Shown one piece after another: positions 53,741-61,930 of a DNA stretch of 64,000 nucleotides (position 1 is the stretch's first letter; each line of letters opens with the position of its first letter). This DNA comes from an uncultured Anaerolineales bacterium (lineage in GTDB: Bacteria; Chloroflexota; Anaerolineae; Anaerolineales; UBA11858): assembly GCA_964438295.1 (NCBI GenBank), contig CAYTKR010000005.1, positions 11,228 to 75,227 of the forward strand, given 5' to 3'. Both the position numbers and the translations under genes were made by a program. The notes beneath the pieces were generated by a model. It saw nothing but the letters and a program-made list of their open reading frames with translations, was not told where the DNA came from and did no database searches.

Positions 53741-53962
53741 TTATTTCAACTTGCTAGGTTGCGACTGCGCAGCTTTTGGGGTGCCCAGTTGAGCTCGGAA
53801 ATATTCGAGCAAGTCCTCCATATCTTGGATCGCGGTGGTCTCTCCGCTGGCGATATGTTGAACTTGCCCGTTCCAGCTTGCCTGAGGTGTGTCTTCACGC
53901 CACAGGCGGACGATATAGGTTTGTCGAAAAGGTTGGGTATCGTTTTGTTTTTCCATAATCAT
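53741..53962 (-). CDS. Small (~73 aa) hypothetical protein, first ORF of the lipoprotein operon
   Basis: Core sequence YIVRLWRED...WNGQVQHIASGETTAIQDMEDLLEYF. Its stop codon lies 8 nt before the next ATG, inside that gene's RBS. The exact start is uncertain (ATG at 53962 or 53956). Confidence 0.45.
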   Translation of the reverse strand: MIMEKQNDTQPFRQTYIVRLWREDTPQASWNGQVQHIASGETTAIQDMEDLLEYFRAQLGTPKAAQSQPSKLK

Positions 53963-53993
53963 AGGAGTTGCGTACTCGAAGCGAGGTGTGCTG

Positions 53994-54032
53994 GGAATAG
54001 GGGAGGGAGGCTTCGTCCCCATCCCCTATTCC
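53994..54032. repeat. GC-rich hairpin in the leader or promoter region of the operon
   Basis: GGAATAGGGGA-n17-TCCCCTATTCC is an 11-bp perfect stem. It overlaps the track's N-terminal extension of the small ORF. Confidence 0.45.
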
Positions 54033-54071
54033 TGGCAATTTTCTCGCCGAACGATATATTTTCTAGATCCT

Positions 54072-54110
54072 TAAAAAAATAAACTGATACTCGTTTACGA
54101 ATATCAGTTT
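54072..54110 (-). terminator. Rho-independent terminator of the regulator gene
   Basis: On the minus strand: AAACTGATA-n12-TATCAGTTT followed by ATTTTTTTAA. Confidence 0.45.
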
Positions 54111-54171
54111 ATAGGCTATCTGTCTCAAAAGTGTCTTGATTCGTTCAGCAGTGCAAAACCTTGGGGACATT

Positions 54172-57100
54172 TTACGCCGCTGACGAGCCCCTGGTCTCGA
54201 CCTGGTGCCCGGCATCGCGTAATACCGCCAGATCACGTTTGATGGTACGGTCGCTGACCTCCAAGACATTGGCCAGATTTTTAATGGTCGGAATTGCCCC
54301 CTGAGCTTTGGCTTCTTCCAGCAGGCGCAGGGTACGATGCTGGCGGCGTGCGGCTTTGCCCTCCACATGTTCATCTTCTGGAGACTTCAGCGTCCAGGTC
54401 ACCTCAGCTAATTCATCATCCATCAGCTCACGACCAAGGGGAGCATCGGCGCGCGGCAGGTGCACCATTTCTCTGAGCATGGGATGTCCGGCGATGTATT
54501 CGTGGTAGTCATCCCATATGGGTTTGCCGGGGCTAATGTCATGTAGATATGCGCGCTGCCTCTCAGGGTCGGAGATGCTGTCCGCAAATTGAGTCAATAA
54601 AGCGTAAGCGTCAACAAGAGCAGCCAGGCCGCCTTCTGTTTCTCCTGCTTCGAGGTAAGCCCGGTATGCACCTAGATATGCTAATAGCGGGTCACCAATG
54701 CCCTCGTGGCCGTGTTCTGATATCCAAGAGAGCACTTGTTGTGCATACACCAGCGCTTCTTGGTGATTCCCCTCCGCAGTGGCTACCCTCGCCAGACCCG
54801 CTAAAGGATCATTTGCCATGGCGTGCAAGCCAACCTCCTGGCGAAGTTCCAAACCTTGCTGGTATGCGTCACGCGCATCTTCGAGTTCTGACAACTTTTC
54901 GAGCACCAGGCCCAAGAACACCCAGCCGTACCCTTCTAAGCGACGGTCGCCAATGGCTTGTCCAAGATCGCAAACTTGCAGAAGATTCTCCCGGGCGGTG
55001 TGTGCGTCACCCGAGTCAAAATATGCAATCGAGAGATTGTATAAGCTGGAAGCCTCCAGGCGGGGATCACCCAGTGCACGTCTCAATTCCAGGGCGATCT
55101 GATGGTGCTCGATCGCGGCCGGAAAATCTGCCAGATAGTGGAATACGCCGCCCAGATTATTATGGATATCCGATAATACAACATGATCGCCGGTTGGCTG
55201 GCCGATCTCTAAGGCGCGTGATGAATAGTCCAGAGCCTGATCATACTTCCCGCAATCAAAAGATACTACCCCCAAGGCGTTCAAACTAACCGCTTGGGCT
55301 GAGAGGTCATCGTTTTCCAAACCCAATTGATAGGCAATTTCCAAGTGCTCTCTGGCTTGGGCGTATTCTCCATGCTGGCGCAGCATATGCCCCCATTTCA
55401 AATGCGCCTGGTGTTCCGACTTGCGATCGGAAGCGCTTTTGGCTTGTTCCACCGCGTCTTGAACTGCATGGAGCGCGGCCGGGTAGTCACTGATGGCCTC
55501 CCAGTACTCAGTCCAACGCAGGGCTAACTCGAGTTGCCGGGCAGGTGTCCCTATGTCCGGATCCTCAATTAATTGATCTAATGCAACCAAATCTTCTTTT
55601 TGATGTTGGCGCTCACCGATGATGGCATACATGGATTCTCTGGAAAGCAGAAGTTCAATTTGCAGATTTGGGTCTACATTACCAGGCACTTGATCAAAGG
55701 CATCTAATGCCCGAGAATAGTAGAGCACTGCCTCGCGATTTGCGAAAAGTGATTTTGCCCGATCCCCAGCCATCCGGTTGTGGAGTGTTGCCTGTTCCCA
55801 GACACTGCCTTCCAAAAAATGATGCGCAAGCAATTCGGTATGATCCGCAGGGCGGGCCTGATTGTCTAAGGACAGTTGAATATTTTTTGCCGCGCGTCGA
55901 TGCAGGATTTGGCGTTTTTCCGCAGGGATAGCTTCATACGCCACCTGGCGGATCTTGTCATGGCTGAAACGATATGTGTTTGGAGCTTCTTCCAGAAATC
56001 GACGCCTGACCAAATGATTGGCAATCGTAAGAACCTGACTGATCTCCATCCCAGTGGTGTTGCTCAAAAGAGAAAAATTAAAATCACGACCTAATACCGC
56101 AGCCGCACTCAAAACTGCCCTTTCGTCCTCCGTCAAACGGGTCAGGCGAGTGGCGATAGTTCGTTCCACAGCCTGAGGGAGGGGTAGTTCCCCATAATCG
56201 GAGGTGCTATCATCCCATGGCGTGTGCCAGTCACCGCCGGCGTCTTGAGTCAATAAGCCCTCATCATGTAAGGCCCGCAAGGTCTCCAGAATGAACAGCG
56301 GATTCCCTAGAGTTTCCTGGTAGAGGCGCTTTTCGAAAAGCGGCACTGCTTCGGAGAGACCCAGGCTGCGACGAACCAGCTCGCCAGCCGCATCGGGTGA
56401 CAACCGTACCAGGGCGAAGTGTTTTTTTACTCCCGAGCGGCTCAAAGCGCCTAATCTATCCCAAAGCGATCCACGAATTTGGGCGTCTTCACCGCGGAAG
56501 GTACCAATCACCAATATGCGGCTTTTCTGTAGGAAAGGGCTCAAGGCGATCAAAAGATCGATATCATCTTCGTAGGCCCAGTGCAGGTCTTCCAAAACGA
56601 GTAGGACTGGTGTGATCTGGCCCCAGGCAGCGAGCACTTTTCCCACGGCTTGAACCAGCCGGTCGTGCTCGTTCTTAGGAGTTAGCGTTGGGGCGGGTGT
56701 AAGTCCAGGGAATTCATCCTCTAGTTTAGGGATTAGTGGATATAGAACCCTGAACCAGATATTGTCGATCAACTGAGATAATTGATTGACCCTCAAAGAT
56801 GTCAAGCCGCTGGTAATTGCTTCGAAGATCGAGGCAAAAGGAGTGGAAACATCTCCTTCCTGGTTGTGGCCCCATAAGGATTGCACCCCACGCCAATCAG
56901 CGTCGCGCATGATCTCTTTCAACAGGCGGGTTTTTCCGATGCCAGCTTCCCCCTCAACCAAAACAATGCCGCCTGTTCCTTGAATTGTCTCTTCAAAGAA
57001 ATGGATGACTGCTTCTCTCTCCTCCTCCCTCCCTATAAGGGGCAGTTGTGCTGGACGTGATGTGTCCAGAGACCAAGGTGAGGCTGGTGTTACGACTATG

Positions 57101-57852
57101 GGTAAATAAGGCGCTTGACTATCGGGAGCTTGCAGGGCGATCTCTTGAGCCACTGCTCGGGTTCGTTGATCCACGTCGATTCCCAGCTCGTCCTCAAAGA
57201 TCTTGCGGCAGGTTTCGAATTGGGTGAGAGCAGCTTCCGGGCGCTTGAGTGCGAAATACAGGCGCATCACTTCTCGGTGGGCTGCTTCGCGATAAGGATC
57301 AACATGTGCCAGTTCGACGGCATAATCCAAGGCTTGCGTGTACTGCCTCTTCGATTTCTCATAATCGACCAGTTGCTCCAGCGCCTGCAAATACAATTCT
57401 CGCAATCGTTCACGGGCTGCGAACACCCAGTCATCATATAAACCCTCCAGCAAATCTCCCCGGTAGAGATCAATAGCTTGCTGTAAGGCTAGTGTATAGG
57501 CCTCCGCATTTTCTGTGGAATCTCCCACTAGACTCTCGAAAGTTTCGATATCGATCCACAAATTGGCACTTTCTGAGATCTGGATGTATTGTGTATCGCC
57601 CTCGATTATGTCTGGCAGCACATTGCGGATGCGCCAGAGGGACTGCGTCAACGCTCTTCGAGCACGGGCCTCATCCATTTCTGGCCAGAATATTCCTGCG
57701 ATTTTGAGCCGCGAATGGGGATGTGGGCGGTGCAGCAACAAATAAGCCAGTAAACTGCGCGCAGATGTAGATCCTGAGAAATCGAGCTGTTTGTCGTTTC
57801 GCCAGAGCGTCAAAGTGCCGAAAAGATTAACTCGTATTTGGGAAGAGGGCAT
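54172..57852 (-). CDS. SARP-type (OmpR-like wHTH + BTAD) - AAA/STAND ATPase - TPR regulator with an extra C-terminal DeoR-like HTH
   Basis: The N-terminus (LFGTLTLWRNDKQL...SLLAYLLLH...) is followed by BTAD (DLYRGDLLEG...REAAHREVMRLY). Walker A is EGEAGIGKT and Walker B is LLVLEDLHWA. There are more than 10 TPR-like repeats. The C-terminus is TIKNLANVLEVSDRTIKRDLAVLRDAG. Confidence 0.8.
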   Translation of the reverse strand: MPSSQIRVNLFGTLTLWRNDKQLDFSGSTSARSLLAYLLLHRPHPHSRLKIAGIFWPEMDEARARRALTQSLWRIRNVLPDIIEGDTQYIQISESANLWIDIETFESLVGDSTENAEAYTLALQQAIDLYRGDLLEGLYDDWVFAARERLRELYLQALEQLVDYEKSKRQYTQALDYAVELAHVDPYREAAHREVMRLYFALKRPEAALTQFETCRKIFEDELGIDVDQRTRAVAQEIALQAPDSQAPYLPIVVTPASPWSLDTSRPAQLPLIGREEEREAVIHFFEETIQGTGGIVLVEGEAGIGKTRLLKEIMRDADWRGVQSLWGHNQEGDVSTPFASIFEAITSGLTSLRVNQLSQLIDNIWFRVLYPLIPKLEDEFPGLTPAPTLTPKNEHDRLVQAVGKVLAAWGQITPVLLVLEDLHWAYEDDIDLLIALSPFLQKSRILVIGTFRGEDAQIRGSLWDRLGALSRSGVKKHFALVRLSPDAAGELVRRSLGLSEAVPLFEKRLYQETLGNPLFILETLRALHDEGLLTQDAGGDWHTPWDDSTSDYGELPLPQAVERTIATRLTRLTEDERAVLSAAAVLGRDFNFSLLSNTTGMEISQVLTIANHLVRRRFLEEAPNTYRFSHDKIRQVAYEAIPAEKRQILHRRAAKNIQLSLDNQARPADHTELLAHHFLEGSVWEQATLHNRMAGDRAKSLFANREAVLYYSRALDAFDQVPGNVDPNLQIELLLSRESMYAIIGERQHQKEDLVALDQLIEDPDIGTPARQLELALRWTEYWEAISDYPAALHAVQDAVEQAKSASDRKSEHQAHLKWGHMLRQHGEYAQAREHLEIAYQLGLENDDLSAQAVSLNALGVVSFDCGKYDQALDYSSRALEIGQPTGDHVVLSDIHNNLGGVFHYLADFPAAIEHHQIALELRRALGDPRLEASSLYNLSIAYFDSGDAHTARENLLQVCDLGQAIGDRRLEGYGWVFLGLVLEKLSELEDARDAYQQGLELRQEVGLHAMANDPLAGLARVATAEGNHQEALVYAQQVLSWISEHGHEGIGDPLLAYLGAYRAYLEAGETEGGLAALVDAYALLTQFADSISDPERQRAYLHDISPGKPIWDDYHEYIAGHPMLREMVHLPRADAPLGRELMDDELAEVTWTLKSPEDEHVEGKAARRQHRTLRLLEEAKAQGAIPTIKNLANVLEVSDRTIKRDLAVLRDAGHQVETRGSSAA

Positions 57853-57860
57853 GTAACATG

Positions 57861-57888
57861 ATTATAGATGAATCTGTTACATGGGCAA
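57861..57888 (-). promoter_or_regulatory. Candidate sigma70-type promoter giving a leaderless or near-leaderless regulator mRNA
   Basis: On the minus strand: TTGCCC-16 nt-TATAAT. The TATAAT ends 8 nt before the ATG, and no SD sequence is present. Confidence 0.3.
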
Positions 57889-57925
57889 ATAGGAAAAAGG
57901 TTCAGTCTTGAGAAAGTGGCAGGGA

Positions 57926-57984
57926 AGTTGTCAGATATAGGTATGGGCGAGCTTTGCTCGCCCATACCTATATCTGACAACTTG
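57926..57984. repeat. 28-bp perfect inverted repeat (59-bp hairpin)
   Basis: AAGTTGTCAGATATAGGTATGGGCGAGC-ttt-GCTCGCCCATACCTATATCTGACAACTT. It lies between the MscS stop codon and the regulator promoter, with no flanking T-run. Confidence 0.85.
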
Positions 57985-58011
57985 TTACCGGAAAATTGTC
58001 GCCTTCGCAGG

Positions 58012-58800
58012 TCAGGTTATCCTGATGTCTTTCTCAGTGAATAAGTTGTCGATATTGTTGATCGCGGCGTCAACGACTGTTTCGAAATCAGCCTTGTCAA
58101 CATCAATCCAAAAATATGTTGTGCAGCTGATTGTTGATGAGCTGATATTCGTGAACACCACGGAAGGAGGCGGTTTTGTGATCACACCTTCCAATGATGA
58201 TACAGCATTGAGAGCAGTCTGCTTCACAACTGGGAGATCACTGCCACGGGCTACCCCAAGCTTCAACTCCGCACGGCGTTTGTTGAAGCGGCTGTAGTTC
58301 TTGATCGGGCTGGTGAAGACATCGCCATTAGGGATCAATACATTCTGTCCATCATGAGTAAATATCTCTGTAGCGCGAATATCGACATTGGCCACTGTTC
58401 CAATGAAGCCTTTGATCTCGATTTCGTCCCCAATGTCGAAGGGCTGGTCCCAGAGCAGGAGCAGCCCTGAGACGAAATTCTTGCTGACATCTTGCAAGGC
58501 AAACCCCACCGTAAACCCCAGGATGCCCACACCGGCCAGGAAAGCCGTCAAGTCAAAACCAATCTGATCAAGCGCAGCGATAATGCCCAAAAAAACGATC
58601 GTCCAACGGGTGATCTGTGTGATCAGCATGATGATTTCCCGGTCGCTCTTGCGTAATTCCATCGCTTTACGCACGATGCGCGTCACCAAACCTGCCAGGT
58701 ACAAGCTGATTACGAAAATGACCAACGAGACTACCAGGTCTGGCACGAAGGCTAGAAACCTGGCCATCAGGTCTTGTAAAGTTACTGAAATCCCAGTCAT
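58012..58800 (-). CDS. Mechanosensitive ion channel (MscS family)
   Basis: TM helices followed by FGFALQDVSKNFVSGLLLLWDQPFDIGDEIE (the MscS pore and beta domain). The start is either the ATG at 58800 or the TTG at 58833. Confidence 0.85.
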   Translation of the reverse strand: MTGISVTLQDLMARFLAFVPDLVVSLVIFVISLYLAGLVTRIVRKAMELRKSDREIIMLITQITRWTIVFLGIIAALDQIGFDLTAFLAGVGILGFTVGFALQDVSKNFVSGLLLLWDQPFDIGDEIEIKGFIGTVANVDIRATEIFTHDGQNVLIPNGDVFTSPIKNYSRFNKRRAELKLGVARGSDLPVVKQTALNAVSSLEGVITKPPPSVVFTNISSSTISCTTYFWIDVDKADFETVVDAAINNIDNLFTEKDIRIT

Positions 58801-58892
58801 GGGTCGCCTCTCATAATGGATGAATTGGCGCAATCATACCGCGTGAAGGGAGGGAATTGCAAGCCGCGCTGATTGGCGATACAATCCCCTCC

Positions 58893-59912
58893 ATGCCCAC
58901 AGTATCTGTGCTGCTGCCTTGCTTCAACGCTGCCCAAACCTTGGGGGAAACTTTAGAATCGCTTGCTGACCAGACATTTGACGATTTTGAAGTGGTTGCT
59001 GTGGATGATGGTTCACAGGACTCGACATTGGATGTGTTGCAGGCTTGGGCCGCGCGTGATAGCCGTTTTCGAGTTTTATCCCGCCCTCATAGAGGCGTGA
59101 TTGCAGCCTCTGCTGAAGGGTTAGAGCAATGCCAGGGACGTTATATCGCTCGCATGGACGCCGATGACCGCGCTCACCCCCTGAGACTAGAGAAACAGGT
59201 AGACTATCTCGATGAGCATCATGATGTCGCCGCGGTAAGTTGTCTGGTTAGTGCTTTCCCCGAGGAGTATGTCCGAGAAGGGTTTCGCATCTATGTCGAG
59301 TGGCTCAACTCGCTGGTCAGTGATGAGGACATCCGGCGGGAGATCTTTGTCGAAAGCCCCTTGCCGAATCCCAGCGTGACTTTTCGAAGAGAGTGGTTGC
59401 TGCATATGGGCGGATACCAAGAGCGTGGTTGGCCTGAAGATTATGACCTGTACTTGCGCATGTATTTGGAAGGGGCGAAGTTTGCCAAAATCCCCCAAGT
59501 TTTGTTAAAATGGCGCGAGCATCCCGCACGCATCACGCGCACCGATAGCCGCTATTCGCTGGAGAATTTCCTACGCGCCAAGGCGCACTATCTGAAACGC
59601 GGCCCCCTGGCAGATCGTGATGCCGTCATCATCTGGGGCGCGGGCATGATGGGGCGACGTTTGGGAAAACTGCTCATGCGCGATGAAGAGGCTCCCGTGG
59701 TTGCCTTTGTGGATATCGACCCTAAGAAGATTGGCAATACTCGCCGCGGAAAACCCATCATCCCCCCTGAAGATCTGCTCGATTGGTGGGGGCGCTATCA
59801 AAACCCAGTTGTGCTTGCTGCGGTTGGCGCCCGCGGGGCGCGTCCCTTGATCCGAGAACGGCTGAAAGCCTTTGGCCTGCGTGAAGGACAGGACTGGTGG
59901 GCAGCGGCCTAA
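58893..59912 (+). CDS. Family 2 glycosyltransferase
   Basis: VSVLLPCFNAAQTL..., VVAVDDGSQD and ARMDADD (DxD). Confidence 0.85.
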   Translation: MPTVSVLLPCFNAAQTLGETLESLADQTFDDFEVVAVDDGSQDSTLDVLQAWAARDSRFRVLSRPHRGVIAASAEGLEQCQGRYIARMDADDRAHPLRLEKQVDYLDEHHDVAAVSCLVSAFPEEYVREGFRIYVEWLNSLVSDEDIRREIFVESPLPNPSVTFRREWLLHMGGYQERGWPEDYDLYLRMYLEGAKFAKIPQVLLKWREHPARITRTDSRYSLENFLRAKAHYLKRGPLADRDAVIIWGAGMMGRRLGKLLMRDEEAPVVAFVDIDPKKIGNTRRGKPIIPPEDLLDWWGRYQNPVVLAAVGARGARPLIRERLKAFGLREGQDWWAAA

Positions 59913-60019
59913 CGGAGGCCCTTAGGGTTTCCGTATTCAACGGCTCAGGAAATGTCTTTGGATTTCAATTCATCACAATTTAATCCGATTCAAAGAAAAC
60001 CCTTAGGGTCTGAATACTT

Positions 60020-60430
60020 ATGAACTATCAAACTGATAAACTCACCCCCGGATTAGTTCGAGAAGAAACTTTCATCGTGGACGATCAGCATACAGCCTAC
60101 CATATCGGCAGCGGCGATGAACGCGTTTTAGGTACTCCCTGGATGATCTCCTTCATGGAGCGCGTCTCGAACCGGTTGCTGGCTGAGCGCTTGCCCGAAG
60201 GCTTTATGAGCGTAGGGATCCATGTGGATGTCAAGCATCTGGCTGCCACGCCGGTTAATGCACAAGTCAAGATCCGCGCTGAAATCCTAGAAACGGACGT
60301 TGCCAAGAACCGCGTCAACTTGTCTATCGAAGCCTGGGACGACCAGGAAAAGATTGGCGAGGGCACACATTGGCGCGCCGTAGTCGAGAAAGATCGCTTT
60401 ATGAAACGCGTCATGGAAAAAGCCGCATAG
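60020..60430 (+). CDS. Hotdog-fold thioesterase (FlK-like)
   Basis: V.D.HTA..IGSGD..VLGTP.MI..ME resembles the FlK-type thioesterase family. Confidence 0.65.
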   Translation: MNYQTDKLTPGLVREETFIVDDQHTAYHIGSGDERVLGTPWMISFMERVSNRLLAERLPEGFMSVGIHVDVKHLAATPVNAQVKIRAEILETDVAKNRVNLSIEAWDDQEKIGEGTHWRAVVEKDRFMKRVMEKAA

Positions 60431-60466
60431 TTGTCATAAAATGATTATTAGAACGTTTAATAATTC

Positions 60467-60853
60467 ATGAAAATCTTACACAAGAACTCTTCTCCCCGCT
60501 ATCAGAGGGATCAAATCACTTCATATTTGCTTGTTTCCGAGAGAACCTGCGCGGCGGAACGATTATCCATTACTCTCGTAGAGATGGAGCCGGGTGGAGT
60601 ACAGCGCTTGCACTCCCATGAGCCTGAGCAGACGTACTACATCCTCGAAGGCCGCGGTCTAATGACCGTCGATGGAGTACAGCAAGAAGTCAGCACCGGT
60701 GATACCATATTTTTCGATTCTTTTGCCGAACATGGCTTAGAGAATATCGGCGATACTACATTGAAATATCTCAGCGCCGCCTCGCCCTCGTTCACGCTTG
60801 AACAATGTGAAGAATTGTGGCCGCTGCCGAGTATGAAAGGCAGTGATGCGTAA
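60467..60853 (+). CDS. Cupin domain protein
   Basis: G.....HSHEPEQTYYILEG.G.......V..GD and FAEHGLEN are the cupin motifs 1 and 2. Confidence 0.75.
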   Translation: MKILHKNSSPRYQRDQITSYLLVSERTCAAERLSITLVEMEPGGVQRLHSHEPEQTYYILEGRGLMTVDGVQQEVSTGDTIFFDSFAEHGLENIGDTTLKYLSAASPSFTLEQCEELWPLPSMKGSDA

Positions 60854-60902
60854 CCAGTTTTGACTATCAGACCATTAGACACATAAATTACGAGACAAAT
60901 CT

Positions 60903-61877
60903 ATGAACATCTTCCTTACAGGTGGCGCGGGCTATATCGGCTCAACAGCTGCCGAAACACTGCTCAAAAATGGACATTCGGTGACCATCTATGACTCCCT
61001 GGTCACAGGGCATCGCGCCGCTATACCCAATGGGGCTGATTTTACCGAAGGGAATCTGGCTGATAAGGAGGCCTTGCAGACTGCTCTATTTGAAAAGCCA
61101 TATGATGCAATCATGCACTTTGCGGCCTTCATCGAGGCCGGAGTGAGCATGAAAGACCCGGGCACTTATTTCCAGAACAATTTGAGCAATTCGTTACAGC
61201 TGATCGAACTGGCCGTTCAGGCGGACATCAAGCGTTTTGTGCTCTCTTCAACGGCAGCGGTCTACCAATCGAGCAAAGAGCCACTCAACGAGGAATCGGC
61301 ATTGGGTCCGACAAATGTCTATGGCCATACCAAGTTGATGATCGAGCAAGCCCTGGAATGGTATCGACAAATCCATGGGTTACGCTATGCAGCCTTACGC
61401 TACTTCAACGCTGCGGGCGGGTTCCCCCACCGCGGCGAAGCTCACCAGCCTGAATCTCATCTCATTCCACTGACCTTGCAGGTGCCGCTGGGTCAGCGCG
61501 AAGAAATCTATATCTACGGTACGGATTACCCCACACCTGATGGCACGTGCATTCGCGACTATATCCATATCAGCGATTTGATCTCGGCACACCTATTAGC
61601 CTTGGAGGCGTTGGGGGAACGGGATAAACTGGTTTACAACCTGGGGAATGGAGCGGGGTATTCCGTGCGTGAAGTGATCGACACAGCCCGAGAAGTTACT
61701 GGCTTGCCTATCCCCGCCAAAGAGACGCCGCGCCGCCCTGGGGACGCTCCACGCCTGGTGGCCTCCTCGGAGCGCATCCGCCATGAATTGGGCTGGCAGC
61801 CACAGATTCCAGATCTGGGGGAGATCATCGCCAGCGCATGGGAATGGCATCGATCTCACCCCAATGGGTATGATTAA
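60903..61877 (+). CDS. galE: UDP-glucose 4-epimerase
   Basis: TGGAGYIGS, SSTAAVY and YGHTK (YxxxK), with GalE length and C-terminal motifs. Confidence 0.9.
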   Translation: MNIFLTGGAGYIGSTAAETLLKNGHSVTIYDSLVTGHRAAIPNGADFTEGNLADKEALQTALFEKPYDAIMHFAAFIEAGVSMKDPGTYFQNNLSNSLQLIELAVQADIKRFVLSSTAAVYQSSKEPLNEESALGPTNVYGHTKLMIEQALEWYRQIHGLRYAALRYFNAAGGFPHRGEAHQPESHLIPLTLQVPLGQREEIYIYGTDYPTPDGTCIRDYIHISDLISAHLLALEALGERDKLVYNLGNGAGYSVREVIDTAREVTGLPIPAKETPRRPGDAPRLVASSERIRHELGWQPQIPDLGEIIASAWEWHRSHPNGYD

Positions 61878-61880
61878 AAA

Positions 61881-61908
61881 GTAGAGACGCAGCATGCTGC
61901 GTCTCTAC
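61881..61908. terminator. Bidirectional hairpin between convergent genes, a member of the GTAGAGACGC repeat family
   Basis: GTAGAGACGCAGCA/TGCTGCGTCTCTAC is a perfect 28-nt palindrome flanked by an A-run and TACCAAAA. Confidence 0.65.
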
Positions 61909-61930
61909 CAAAATGTCCAGTTTCTTTGAT

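Noticed and set aside
54549-55289. 246-aa plus-strand ORF, plus other ORFs (54779-55102, 57115-57441, etc.) inside the regulator locus
   Set aside because: They are antisense to the strongly supported BTAD-ATPase-TPR gene. Their composition is Arg/Pro/Ser-rich and shadow-frame-like.
54172-57852. Interpretation of the STAND-like ATPase as an Avs/antiviral STAND defence protein
   Set aside because: The N-terminus is a SARP-type DNA-binding plus BTAD module and the C-terminus is an HTH. No nuclease, protease or TIR-type effector domain is present, and the neighbours are secreted proteins, so a transcriptional regulator is the better reading.
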